Shown: positions 18,970 to 28,680 of the stretch, one piece after another
How the letters are laid out: every line of letters starts with the position of its first letter
Position numbering within the stretch: the stretch's first letter is position 1
NCBI GenBank assembly: GCA_016192455.1
Contig: JACPUC010000019.1
Span: 248,001-312,000 of the forward strand
DNA from: Candidatus Tectimicrobiota bacterium
GTDB taxonomy: Bacteria; JACPUC01
Length of the DNA: 64,000 bases
Direction of reading: 5' to 3'
The notes under the pieces: generated by a model
What the model was told of the DNA's origin: nothing
Database searches by the model: none
Seen by the model: only the letters and a program-made list of their open reading frames with translations
Made by a program: the position numbers and the translations under genes

Positions 18970-19299
18970 ATGGCCGAGCATATCATCACGTTGAATGATA
19001 CCAACTTCGATGAGGAAGTCGTCCACTCGAGCCTTCCCGCTCTCGTCGATTTCTGGGCTGCCTGGTGCGGCCCGTGCAAGATGATTGCCCCAACCATCGA
19101 GGAGCTTGCCGCCGAGTATGCGGGGAAGGTGAAGATCGGCAAGGTGGACGTCGACCACAACCCGCAGACCGCCTCGCGCTACAGCATCCGCAGCATCCCT
19201 TCCCTCCTCCTGTTCAAGAACGGCAACGTGCTGGAACAGCTCGTCGGAGTGAAGCCGAAAGCAGAGATCAAGAAGGCGTTGGAGCGCTCGATCGCGTGA
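18970..19299 (+). CDS. trxA: Thioredoxin
   Basis: [16 protein letters not shown] and [13 protein letters not shown]. Confidence 0.97.
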   Translation: MAEHIITLNDTNFDEEVVHSSLPALVDFWAAWCGPCKMIAPTIEELAAEYAGKVKIGKVDVDHNPQTASRYSIRSIPSLLLFKNGNVLEQLVGVKPKAEIKKALERSIA

Positions 19300-19413
19300 C
19301 GCGTCGCGCCCGGCGCTCGACTTGGCCCTGCCTCGGCGGCGGCTCCCGCGCGGCTCCTCCTGCGTGAGGCGACGCCGCGCGGACGTGCGGCGCCCTCGGT
19401 CTCCCTCCCCGCA

Positions 19414-20418
19414 TTGTCTCGAAAGCAGCGTGACGTGGCCCAACCAGTTCCTGAGATGCTGAAGATCGAGTTGCCAACGCCCTTTGCCGTTGGTCCCGTC
19501 AACGTCTACTTTTTCCCCCAGGACGAGCCAACGCTGATGGACACGGGGCCGATGGGGGAGGACTCGCTGGCGGCGCTGCGCCGGGCCCTGCGGGAGATCG
19601 GCTTCGACATCCCGGACATCAAGAAAATCTACATCAGCCACGGGCACCTCGACCACTTCGGGCAGGGCGCCCTGCTGCGCGAGATGAGCGGGGCGACGGT
19701 CTACGCGCACCCGGGCGAGTACGTGCGCATCGAGCATGATCCCGGCGGGCGCCTCTCGGCGCAGAAAGAGATCACGTATCCGCTCCTGCGGGACTTCGGC
19801 CTGCCGGAGGCCGTCATCGAGGGCATGGCTGACTTCTCGAAGGTCTTTCGGCGCTATGCGCGCGTCCTGCTGAACACGGTGCCGCTGGAGGAAGGGGAGG
19901 TGCATCGCTTCGGCAACCTGGAGATGGAGGTCATTCACTGCCCAGGCCATGCACGGGGCCTCGTCTGCTTTTACAACCGCGCCCGCGGCTTCCTGATGGC
20001 CAACGACCACCTCATCAAGCACATCACCCCCAACCCGGTCATGGAGCTGCCCAGCGAGCCGGGGGGAGAGCGGCCGAAGTCGCTCTGGACCTACCTCCGA
20101 TCGCTCCGCAAGGTGCGGAAGCTGAAGCCGCGGCTCGTCTACTCCGGACATGGGGTCGAGATCGATGATGCGGATGCGCTCATCGAGTTCTACTTCCAGC
20201 ACCACCAGCGCCGCCAGCAGCACATTCTCGCCCACCTGCAGAACGGCGGCAAATCGGTCTACGAGCTGTGCACCCTCCTGTTTCCGAAGCTCGAGACCGG
20301 CAGCCTTTACCTCGGTCTCTCGGAGATCATCGGCCACCTCGATATTCTCGAGATGCAGGGGATGGTCCAGAAGGTGTCGGGCAAAGGTTCCAGCCGCTAC
20401 CTGCCCATCGCAGCCTGA
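19414..20418 (+). CDS. MBL-fold metallo-hydrolase with C-terminal winged-helix region
   Basis: SHGHLDH, HCPGH, NDHL and YSGHG motifs; the start may lie slightly downstream. Confidence 0.85.
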   Translation: MSRKQRDVAQPVPEMLKIELPTPFAVGPVNVYFFPQDEPTLMDTGPMGEDSLAALRRALREIGFDIPDIKKIYISHGHLDHFGQGALLREMSGATVYAHPGEYVRIEHDPGGRLSAQKEITYPLLRDFGLPEAVIEGMADFSKVFRRYARVLLNTVPLEEGEVHRFGNLEMEVIHCPGHARGLVCFYNRARGFLMANDHLIKHITPNPVMELPSEPGGERPKSLWTYLRSLRKVRKLKPRLVYSGHGVEIDDADALIEFYFQHHQRRQQHILAHLQNGGKSVYELCTLLFPKLETGSLYLGLSEIIGHLDILEMQGMVQKVSGKGSSRYLPIAA

Positions 20419-20482
20419 GCTCGCGGCCCCTTTCCCGCCCTGCTTCCCAGGCTCCGACGGCGCTCCCTCCACCTCTTCCTCA

Positions 20483-21490
20483 TCACCCCTTCAGAACACG
20501 CTCCTCGAACATGGCGAAGAAACGCGCCGCATCCACCTCGACGCAGACGCGCGCCTGCGGCGCCGCCGCGGCCGCCTGCGAGGCACGGCGTGGGCGAAGA
20601 TCAGCAATGGTCTGGCCGGCGGTGTACTCCCCTTTCGTCTCCACCAGGACGCGCGTCTCCACCGCGCGCGCCATCTCCGGGACGCAGGCGACCGCCACCG
20701 CCAGGGGATCGTGCATCGTGCAGCCGGGTTGCCCGCGACGCTCGGCTTCGTAGGCCATCACCACCCCGGTGATCTCCCTGACGAAGGCGGCCAGCGCCCC
20801 GCCACCACCGCCCGCCGCCTCGGAGCCTGCCGCGACGCCAAGGTGCGGCTCCAGCATGGCCGGCGTCAGAACCACCCGGTTCGTCGCATCGAGGGGCACG
20901 AACGTGGCGGGAATGCCAAGCTCTAGAACCCTCCGCGCCGCCTCCGGATCGACGCGCATGTTGAACTCGGCCGTTAGCGTCACGTTCCCGTAGGTCTCGA
21001 AGGCGCCCCCCATGATGATGATCTCCTTCGCGCGGCGCATGCCGCCGTCGTCACGCTCGGCGGCGCGCGCCAAGTTCGTCAAGGGGCCGAGCGTGATGAG
21101 ACTGATCTCGCCCGGATTGGCACGCACGATCTCCAGGATCAGCTCATCCCCCCGCTGCTTCAGGAGCGGACGCCGCAGCGGCGGATAGAGGGGCTCGCCG
21201 TCGGCGCCGCGCCGCAGGGTGGCATTGCCGAAGCCATCCCGGCCGTGCACGTGCCGCGCCGTGCGCAGCGGTCGCAGAAGCGGCGCCTCCGCCCCCGCCG
21301 CCACGGGGGGATGCGGCCCCTCGCCAAGGAGCCGCAGCGTGCGCAGCACGTTGCTCGTTGCCTGCTCCAGCGCGACGTTGCCGCACACCGTGGTGATGGC
21401 CTCCACCCGCAGCTCCGGCGAGCGCAGCGCCAGCAGCAGGGCCATGGCGTCGTCGGTTCCCCCGTCCGTATCGATGATGACGCGTTTCAT
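20483..21490 (-). CDS. Inosine/uridine-preferring nucleoside hydrolase
   Basis: IIDTDGGTDD, VHGRDGFGN, LGPLTNLA, AEFN..VDPEAA and MHDPLA motifs. Confidence 0.93.
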   Translation of the reverse strand: MKRVIIDTDGGTDDAMALLLALRSPELRVEAITTVCGNVALEQATSNVLRTLRLLGEGPHPPVAAGAEAPLLRPLRTARHVHGRDGFGNATLRRGADGEPLYPPLRRPLLKQRGDELILEIVRANPGEISLITLGPLTNLARAAERDDGGMRRAKEIIIMGGAFETYGNVTLTAEFNMRVDPEAARRVLELGIPATFVPLDATNRVVLTPAMLEPHLGVAAGSEAAGGGGGALAAFVREITGVVMAYEAERRGQPGCTMHDPLAVAVACVPEMARAVETRVLVETKGEYTAGQTIADLRPRRASQAAAAAPQARVCVEVDAARFFAMFEERVLKG

Positions 21491-21513
21491 GCTTTCGCTC
21501 CCGGAGCTGCCAA

Positions 21514-23628
21514 TCACTTGGGCGCCAGCCGTTCGGTCTCGCTGCTGGCTTGCCGGCGCTGTGCCGCCGTCCCTCCTCCGGCGGCGAGGAAGGCCGCGAG
21601 GCGCCGCGCCGCCTGCTGCCTGGCGCCGACCGCGAGGAGGGCCATGCCGAGCTTGAAGTCGAGGTCGGACGGCGACGATGGCAGGCGCAGCGCCGCCGAG
21701 AACTCGGCGATCGCCCGCGTCGGCTGCTTCAGCCAGTACCAGACGACGCCCAGCGCGGCGTGGCTGGGCGCATGTTCGGGATGCGCGCGCAGAATCGCCC
21801 GGTAGCGCGCCGCGGCGTCGCGGAGGCGTCCTTGGCGCTGGGCAAGGGCGCCGAGGTTGTAGCGGGTGGGGAGGCTGTCGGGCTGCAGGCGCAGCGCCTC
21901 CTGGTACTGCGCCAGGGCTTTATCGACGACGCCGAGGCGGTACCACGTCGAGCCCAGGGCGTTGATGGCGGAGGCATCCGTTGGCGCTCTCGCCACAAGC
22001 TGTCGCTGCACACCCAGCAGGGCAAGCGGACGGCCGCGGAGCGGCGCCGCCCCAACCATGGCCTCAAGGAACGGGCGAGACTCGTAGGCGATGTAGCGCC
22101 CCTGCTGCCAGGCCAGGATGGCGGCATCCCAGCTTCCGATCTCGCCGAGGTACTGCCCGTAGAGCAGCCGATTGGCCAGGTGCTCGGGATCGAGGGTGAG
22201 CGCCGTGCGCAGCCAGCGCGCGGCGCGATCGGGGCGCTCGCGGGCCGCCTCGAGGAGCGCCAGGTTGCGCAGCGGATCGGCATACCGCGCCTCCAACCAA
22301 GCCGCGACGCGATAGGCGTAAGCGGCGCGCGCGACCTGCTCACGGCGCCAGGCAATGACGCCGTAGTTGTTCCAGGGCCGCGCCTTGCCGGGAGAGCGCC
22401 GCAGCGCATCGCTCCAGAGGGCGGCGTCGCTGCGCCAGACGAAGCTGCGCTGGCGGGTGAGGGCCGCCGTGCCGAGGAGCGTCAGCGCCAGACAGGCCAG
22501 AAGGGCGACACGCCAGCGGCGTTGGAGGGCTTCCCACAACCTCCAGAGCCCGGCGCCCGACGCCAGGGCGAAACCGATGCCGGGGAAGTAGAGGTAGCGG
22601 TCGGCCAGGGGATTCTCGAGCGGCACCACATTCATCACCGGCAGGAGGGCCAGCGCGAACCAAGCCAGGCCAACGGCGACGAGCGCCTGCCGGCGGCGGC
22701 TCCAGAGCAACACCAGCGCCAAGCCACCCAGGACCGCCAAGCTGACGACGAGGGGGGCAAGCGCACTGCCGGGCGTCGCGTAGTCGGCATTCTGCCACAG
22801 CGGCAGAACGAGGCTCTGCACGTAGAACGCCAACACGCGGATCATCACCCCGACGCCGGCAGCCAGCGAACCGGCGAGGGGGGCGATGGGCTTGGCCGCG
22901 GGCGGGGTCATGACGACGAAGCGCACGACCCCATAGGCAAGCGTGGTGAAGAGGAACGCCCCCAGCATCCCCCAGGCTCGGCGCCGCGGTCTGCCGTCCA
23001 GCAGCACCACCGCCGCGCCGAAGAGCAACGGCAGGGTGAGCACCATCTCTTTGGAGAACAGGGCGACGAGGTAGAGGAGGCAGGCCAGCGCGGCGCGCCC
23101 CGTCGCCGAGCGTTGACGCAGCGGCGGCCCGCTCTCCGCGCGCGCCAGCCTCAGCCCGCCGAGGGCGACGCGCAGCGCCAGGACACCTCCCAGGGCGGCG
23201 AGGAGGTCCTCGCGAAAGCCAACCGCGTTGACCGCCTCGCTCAACGATGGGTGCCAGGCGAGCAGGAGTGGCGGCAGGCAGGCGGCGCCGTCGCCGAAAA
23301 GCCGGCGCGCCAACCAGAAGATCGCGGCGAGCACCCCCAAGTGCAGGAGCAGGTTGGTAAGGTGGAAGAGGCCGGCGCGATCCGGCCAGAGCGCTTGCTC
23401 GAGGGCGTAGCTCAAGGTCACCACGGGACGGTAGCTGTACTCTCGGGAGAGCGGAAAGTAGGAACGCGTGAGGAGGTGCGGCAGGTTGCGCCAGTCGCGC
23501 ACCAGCTCCGACTCACCGATCACCACCACATCATCGAAGACGAAGGAGTGGGAGAGCACCGGCAGGTAAACGAGGAAGGTGGCGCAGAGGAGGACGGGAA
23601 GAAACCAGAATGGTGGTGCTGATCTCAT
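21514..23628 (-). CDS. TMTC-like GT-C protein O-mannosyltransferase with C-terminal TPRs
   Basis: FVFDD, YRPV, HP..SEAV...GFREDLL, SKE and ADRYLYFP motifs, then TPR repeats. Confidence 0.85.
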   Translation of the reverse strand: MRSAPPFWFLPVLLCATFLVYLPVLSHSFVFDDVVVIGESELVRDWRNLPHLLTRSYFPLSREYSYRPVVTLSYALEQALWPDRAGLFHLTNLLLHLGVLAAIFWLARRLFGDGAACLPPLLLAWHPSLSEAVNAVGFREDLLAALGGVLALRVALGGLRLARAESGPPLRQRSATGRAALACLLYLVALFSKEMVLTLPLLFGAAVVLLDGRPRRRAWGMLGAFLFTTLAYGVVRFVVMTPPAAKPIAPLAGSLAAGVGVMIRVLAFYVQSLVLPLWQNADYATPGSALAPLVVSLAVLGGLALVLLWSRRRQALVAVGLAWFALALLPVMNVVPLENPLADRYLYFPGIGFALASGAGLWRLWEALQRRWRVALLACLALTLLGTAALTRQRSFVWRSDAALWSDALRRSPGKARPWNNYGVIAWRREQVARAAYAYRVAAWLEARYADPLRNLALLEAARERPDRAARWLRTALTLDPEHLANRLLYGQYLGEIGSWDAAILAWQQGRYIAYESRPFLEAMVGAAPLRGRPLALLGVQRQLVARAPTDASAINALGSTWYRLGVVDKALAQYQEALRLQPDSLPTRYNLGALAQRQGRLRDAAARYRAILRAHPEHAPSHAALGVVWYWLKQPTRAIAEFSAALRLPSSPSDLDFKLGMALLAVGARQQAARRLAAFLAAGGGTAAQRRQASSETERLAPK

Positions 23629-24039
23629 TGCGTCGTCATCGACAAAGTATGGCGCGCGGCAGGTCCGCGGCTGCCCCGGGCGGCGCTCGCCGCACCGCCG
23701 CGCGTGGTCAGGGAACACCTGAGGGGACTGCTCGGCTGGGCGGCTGGCGCTCCGCCTGCGCGATGCGAGTGCGGCCTCAACCGTGAAGGTACGGGAAGCC
23801 CGGCGGCGCCGTCAACGCCAGCGGCCCGGCGGGCGCGGCCATCTCCTCGGCGCCTCTCCGCGGCCAGGAAGCAACCCCGCGGGCCAGGACATCGTACCCC
23901 TGCCGTGGTGGTCGCACCGATGGTTTGCGCAGAGGCCGCCCTGGGTACCTCAGCATGGTAGTGAGAATCGCATGGCTATGCTAGGATACGAGCGGAAGGC
24001 GCCACCCAGCATCGGCATGGAGAGGAAGGCACCGCGCAG

Positions 24040-24744
24040 ATGAACTGGCTTGATCTCATCATCCTTGCGCTGCTGCTCATCACCACCATCTTCGGCTGGA
24101 TCAACGGCATGGTGCGGGCGCTCTTCGGCTTTGCGGCGCTCATGCTCGGCGTGCTGGCGGCAAACCGCGGGGCCACGGCCGCCGGGCAGCTCGTGGTGGC
24201 TTACCTCACCAGCCCCACGGCGCGCACGGCGTTCTTCTATATCATCATCTTCCTGCTCGTCGCCTTCCTCACCATGATGGTGGGCAAGACCGTCACCAAC
24301 CTGGTGAAGAAGGCCGGCCTGTCTCGCTTCGACCGCTTTTTGGGGGCCTTCTTCGGCTTGGCGAAGGGCTATGCGTTGGCCGCCCTGATCGTCATGCTGA
24401 TCATGAGCGGCTTCGAGGACGGCAAGGCGATCGCCCGCCACTCCCGCCTGGCCCCGGTGTTGCAATCGGCCACCTTGTGGTTCCTAACGAATCTCCCGGA
24501 GGACCTCCGGCAGTTGCTCCCCCACGACGTGGTGGGGTTGACTCCCTCTCCTCGAATGGGAACGAACCCCGACAGCGAATACCGCGAGGCGCTGCAACGC
24601 CTACGTAGCTTCTTTGGCGTCCGCGATGCGCCACAGGAAGCCGAGTCGGCGGCGCCTGCAGTATCAAAGAGTCCCGGCGGTTCGAGTCGCTACTCGGAGC
24701 AGGGCCGCCGCGAACTCGATCAATCGATCGAGCGGAACGACTAA
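24040..24744 (+). CDS. cvpA: CvpA family membrane protein
   Basis: MNWLDLIIL...GWINGMVR...LSRFDRFLGAFFGLAKG. Confidence 0.88.
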   Translation: MNWLDLIILALLLITTIFGWINGMVRALFGFAALMLGVLAANRGATAAGQLVVAYLTSPTARTAFFYIIIFLLVAFLTMMVGKTVTNLVKKAGLSRFDRFLGAFFGLAKGYALAALIVMLIMSGFEDGKAIARHSRLAPVLQSATLWFLTNLPEDLRQLLPHDVVGLTPSPRMGTNPDSEYREALQRLRSFFGVRDAPQEAESAAPAVSKSPGGSSRYSEQGRRELDQSIERND

Positions 24745-24851
24745 GGCCCCCCTCCCGCACGTCCCGCGGCGCCGCGCTGCCTGGCTGACGGAGCGGCGCG
24801 GCAGCCGCCCTTGCTGCGTCGCGGTCGCCGCGCCGTAGCTCCCACCCCGGC

Positions 24852-25751
24852 TTGCGGAAGTGCTCCCTCATGCAGTTCGCCGTCGAGCTGTGGCCCCGCG
24901 CCCCCGCCGCCGACATCGCTTTCCACGCCCGCCAGGCGGAGTACTGCGGCTTCTCGCGCCTCTGGGTGCGCGACATGCTGAGCGTGCCGTGGGAGGTGTG
25001 GACCGCGGTGAGCACCTGCCTGAGCGCCACCGAGCGCATCCGCCTCGGCGTCGACGTGACCAACCCCTACTCGCGCTCGCCGCTGGTCAGCGCCCACGCA
25101 GCCGCGACGCTCCATGAAACCTCGCGGGGGCGACTCGATCTCGGGCTGGGGAGAGGGATCGCCGGATTGCTGAGCCGCATGGGCTACGCCATGCGCGACG
25201 AGGCGCTGGGCGACTGCCTCGTGGCAATCCGCAGACTGCTGCGCGGAGAGAGCGTGACCCTGGAGAGCGCCGCCTTCCGCTTGAAGGATGCGAAGCTGCC
25301 CGTGGCAGCCGGCGCGGCGGGCCTGCCGATCTACTTGGCGGCGATGGAAGAAGAGGTGTTCCGTTTGGCCGCGGAGCAGGCCGATGGGGCGCTGACGATC
25401 TCGTCAAACCCCGCGCTGCTGCGCAAGGCGCTCCTCTGGCTTCGCCAGGACGGCAAGGCGCGTCCGCTCTCGACGTGGCTCCCCTACAGCCTCTCCCGGG
25501 AGGCCCTCGAGGCGAAGATGGGGAACCTGCTGACGCGCCTGCCGCCGCAGCTTCTGGAACTCATGGAGATTGATCCGGCCCGCGACTCCAACGAAGCGCT
25601 GCTGCGCCAGTGCACCATCTGCGGTCTGGACGAGCTGGCGCAGCGGAGCGCCGAGCTGGAGTCCCTGGGCGTCAACGAGATCATCCTCGAGTACCACGAG
25701 CTGGATGATCTCCGCGGCCTGCGCGAGTTCATCGCCGCCCACGCATCGTAG
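24852..25751 (+). CDS. LLM-class flavin/F420-dependent oxidoreductase
   Basis: AEYCGFSRLW, TERIRLG..VTNPYSRSP, GRLDLGLGRG and PIYLAA motifs. Confidence 0.85.
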   Translation: MRKCSLMQFAVELWPRAPAADIAFHARQAEYCGFSRLWVRDMLSVPWEVWTAVSTCLSATERIRLGVDVTNPYSRSPLVSAHAAATLHETSRGRLDLGLGRGIAGLLSRMGYAMRDEALGDCLVAIRRLLRGESVTLESAAFRLKDAKLPVAAGAAGLPIYLAAMEEEVFRLAAEQADGALTISSNPALLRKALLWLRQDGKARPLSTWLPYSLSREALEAKMGNLLTRLPPQLLELMEIDPARDSNEALLRQCTICGLDELAQRSAELESLGVNEIILEYHELDDLRGLREFIAAHAS

Positions 25752-25860
25752 CCGGGCTGCTCTGACGCGGTGCTCATGTTGCCGAGGTGGGCCGAGGCGA
25801 AGGGAGAATGCGCCGGCAGGGGATCAGCGCGCGCCGCGCCTGGAATGGAGGATTGACTGA

Positions 25861-26388
25861 CTACTGGTAGTACTCCCACTGGTCCGGTTTGCCGTCATTG
25901 TTCGTATCGATCTCAACCCGTTCGAGGCGGCCCTGCTCGTTGAAGTGCTGAACGCGGTCGAAGCTGCCGTCGTGGTTCGTATCGATCTCGCTGCGCAGCA
26001 GAACGCGGTTGGCACGAAAATACTGGCGTTGGTCGATCTTCTTATCCTTGTTGGTGTCGAACTCGACGCGGAGAAGCTTGTCCTCGCCGTCGTAGTACTG
26101 GATTTGTTCGGGGATGCCGTCCTGGTCCTCATCAAGCTCAACGCGCACGAGCTTGCCCCCCTTCTCAAAATACTGCCGCTGGTCGATGATGCCGTCGAAG
26201 TTACTGTCGATCTCGAGGCGCACGAAGTTTGGTTCGGCGACCTGCTTCGGCGCCGCTTTCACGGCGGCGCCGGCCTTGCCGCCCTCCGGCGCGGGCGCCG
26301 GCGCCGCAGGTTGGGTCTGAGCCCTCGCCGACGAAGGGGGGAGCAGGCAGCCGGTCACCAGCAGCGCCATCCCCAACAGAACCCCCAT
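25861..26388 (-). CDS. Secreted (possibly lipo-) protein with five 25-aa DxNxDG repeats; start uncertain
   Basis: Hydrophobic leader with VTGC/ARA, then LxRxExDxNxDGxxDxxxY repeats. Confidence 0.7.
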   Translation of the reverse strand: MGVLLGMALLVTGCLLPPSSARAQTQPAAPAPAPEGGKAGAAVKAAPKQVAEPNFVRLEIDSNFDGIIDQRQYFEKGGKLVRVELDEDQDGIPEQIQYYDGEDKLLRVEFDTNKDKKIDQRQYFRANRVLLRSEIDTNHDGSFDRVQHFNEQGRLERVEIDTNNDGKPDQWEYYQ

Positions 26389-26724
26389 GCCGGAGCAACC
26401 CCCGCCACGGCGCCCCCAGCCGCCCTTTCGCCTGCAGCCCGCCGCGCGCGCTTTGGCGGCCTCGCCACCCCGCTCAGCTCGCTCGTTCACACCGCTCATA
26501 AGCCGATCCACCTTTGTCGATGCCAGCCTGGACCCAACTCCCGGAATCCACCTCCTGGCCCCCAACCCCTGCAACCCAGCCTGGGCGCAGCTTCGTTCAA
26601 CCGCGCCGCGGGGAAGCGATGTCTGGATTCCCCGCTCCGCTGGCGGCACGGCGGCCGGCGCAGGCGCGCCTGACTCCCCGCCGACGGGCGAGGGCGCCAA
26701 CCCGGGCGACGGCATCGCCGCCCC

Positions 26725-27096
26725 CTAGCGGCCATACCTCGCTTTCAACGCCTCGTAGCGCGCGTGCTTCTCGCGGTCAAGTGTTCCCGCGGCGTCGTAG
26801 AGCTTGCTGAACGTGAAGCGCACGACGGGCTGGTCTTCGGCATCGAGGTAGTGAATGCCGTAGCTGATCTTGCCGCCGAGGCAGAAGCTCGGCGCCTCGA
26901 CGAAGCGGACCGATCGCACCGCTTCCCACTGGAAGTGGATGTGCCAGGAGCCGTTCTCTATCGTCGCCCAGCCACCCGCCTCCTCGTACTTCACCTCGTC
27001 CGCGTTGACGAATCCTTCCGAGATGGCGCGGCTGTCACCGATGATACAGCAGATGTCCGGCATTGCCAGCAGATCACGAAGGAGATCCTGTTTCAT
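26725..27096 (-). CDS. ChuX/HutX-like small tetrapyrrole-binding protein (putative)
   Basis: AISEG...GWATIENGSWHIHFQWEAVRSVRFVE...SYGIHYLDAEDQPVVRF resembles the ChuX/HutX pattern; ATGA overlap with cbiA. Confidence 0.55.
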   Translation of the reverse strand: MKQDLLRDLLAMPDICCIIGDSRAISEGFVNADEVKYEEAGGWATIENGSWHIHFQWEAVRSVRFVEAPSFCLGGKISYGIHYLDAEDQPVVRFTFSKLYDAAGTLDREKHARYEALKARYGR

Positions 27097-28529
27097 AGCG
27101 AGAATCCCTTCCCACGGCCGGCGCAGGAGGCCACGAATCCGTGGGCAAACTGTGGGTTCGAGCTGAAGTGCAGGTGGACATAGCCACCCAGGCAGCGGCC
27201 GATCTGATACCCTTCGGCGCGGGGGGCGGCGCTTCGCTCCTCGCGCCCGCTGCGCAGGCGGTAGGCGCGCGGCACGCTCGCCGGCATGTCGAGCAGCTCG
27301 GAGTAATGGAACTCATGCCCGCGCGCGCGCATCCCCGCCGGCGCCAGGATGGTCGGCGCCGTCTGCTCCACCTCGACGTAGCCGATGGCGCTCAGGCGCG
27401 GCACCATGCGGGTGCGGCCGGGGAAGACGCCCACCATCTCGTGCTCCGCCCCCGCCGCGTCGATGATCGCCTCGCAGAGGTACATGAATCCGCCGCACTC
27501 CGCGTAGATGGGCTGCTGCGCCGCGGCAAATTGTGTGATGGCCAGGCGCATGCCGCCATTGGCCTCCAGGCGCGCCGCGAACACCTCGGGGTAGCCGCCC
27601 CCCAGGTAGAGGCCCTGGAGGCCGGGGGGCAGGGTGGCGTCCCGCAGCGGGCTAAAGAGCACCAGCTCGGCCCCCAGCCGGCGCAGCAACTCCAGGTTCT
27701 CCTCATAGTAGAAGCAGAAGACCTCGTCGAAGGCAACCCCAATTCGGGGCCGAGCCTGGCCCCTGGGCACGGCAGCCCACCGGGGATCGCCATCCGTGCC
27801 GGCCACGTCGGTCGAGGAGCCGGCGGGCGCCGGGGGGTAGCGACGCGCCAGCGCCAGGAGTCGATCGAGGTCCACGTGCGCCTCGACGGCGGCGGCGAGC
27901 CGCGCGAAGAACTCCGGCGGCAGGCTCAGCTCGGCGCTCGTCACCAGCCCGAGGTGGCGTTCCGGCATGCTGATCGCGTCATTCTGGAGGACGTAGCCGA
28001 GCGCCGAGGAGCGACAGCGCGACCGCATCGCCTCGTCGAGGTAGCGGTAGTGTCCTTCACCCCCAACGCGGTTGAAGATGACGCCGGCCAGGGCAAGGTC
28101 TGGATCGAACTGCTCGAAGCCGAGCACCACGGCGGCGCCGCTGCGGGCCATGCTGCCGGCATCGACGACAAGCACCACCGGCGCGCCGAGGCGCTTGGCG
28201 ATCTGCGCCGTGCTCCCCTCCTCGCTCAGGCCGCTGGAACCGTCGAAGAGGCCCATCACCCCCTCGATGAGGCAGACCTCGGCCTCTCTGGAATACCTGG
28301 CGTAGAGCCGGGCAAGGGCTGGCGGCGAGAGCATCCAGCTATCGAGGTTGTGCGAGGGCACGCCGGCCGCGCTGCGGTGGTGGCCGGGATCGATGAAGTC
28401 CGGCCCGGCCTTGAAGGGCTGCACGCGCACCCCTCGTTTGCGGAGCGCCGCCAGCAGACCGAGGGTGATCGTCGTCTTGCCGACGCCGCTGTGGGTCCCC
28501 GCGATGACCAGCGACCCGGAAGCCGCCAC
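27093..28529 (-). CDS. cbiA: Cobyrinate a,c-diamide synthase
   Basis: IAGTHSGVGKTT, FKAGPDFIDP, IEGVMGLFDG, GGGYPE, AECGGFMYL and GHEFHYS motifs. GTG start follows a GGGAG RBS. Confidence 0.95.
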   Translation of the reverse strand: MAASGSLVIAGTHSGVGKTTITLGLLAALRKRGVRVQPFKAGPDFIDPGHHRSAAGVPSHNLDSWMLSPPALARLYARYSREAEVCLIEGVMGLFDGSSGLSEEGSTAQIAKRLGAPVVLVVDAGSMARSGAAVVLGFEQFDPDLALAGVIFNRVGGEGHYRYLDEAMRSRCRSSALGYVLQNDAISMPERHLGLVTSAELSLPPEFFARLAAAVEAHVDLDRLLALARRYPPAPAGSSTDVAGTDGDPRWAAVPRGQARPRIGVAFDEVFCFYYEENLELLRRLGAELVLFSPLRDATLPPGLQGLYLGGGYPEVFAARLEANGGMRLAITQFAAAQQPIYAECGGFMYLCEAIIDAAGAEHEMVGVFPGRTRMVPRLSAIGYVEVEQTAPTILAPAGMRARGHEFHYSELLDMPASVPRAYRLRSGREERSAAPRAEGYQIGRCLGGYVHLHFSSNPQFAHGFVASCAGRGKGFSL

Positions 28530-28680
28530 CGTTGCTCCCTTCCACGCTCGGCCTGGAGGGCCGGGCAGCAGCCCAGCCTTGCAGGCCCCAGGCAGGTGGT
28601 GCAGGCTTACCTCCGCGGCTCGGAGACCACCTGCAAGGCACGAGCTGCGCGCACACTCGAAGAGGGAGCGCCCGCCGCTC

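Noticed and set aside
18477..19160. Long N-terminal extension of the GT9 ORF (and similar extensions of ubiD, cbiA, DUF3891 and livH)
   Set aside because: These extensions either overlap neighbouring genes or are non-protein-like; downstream starts fit the family N-termini.
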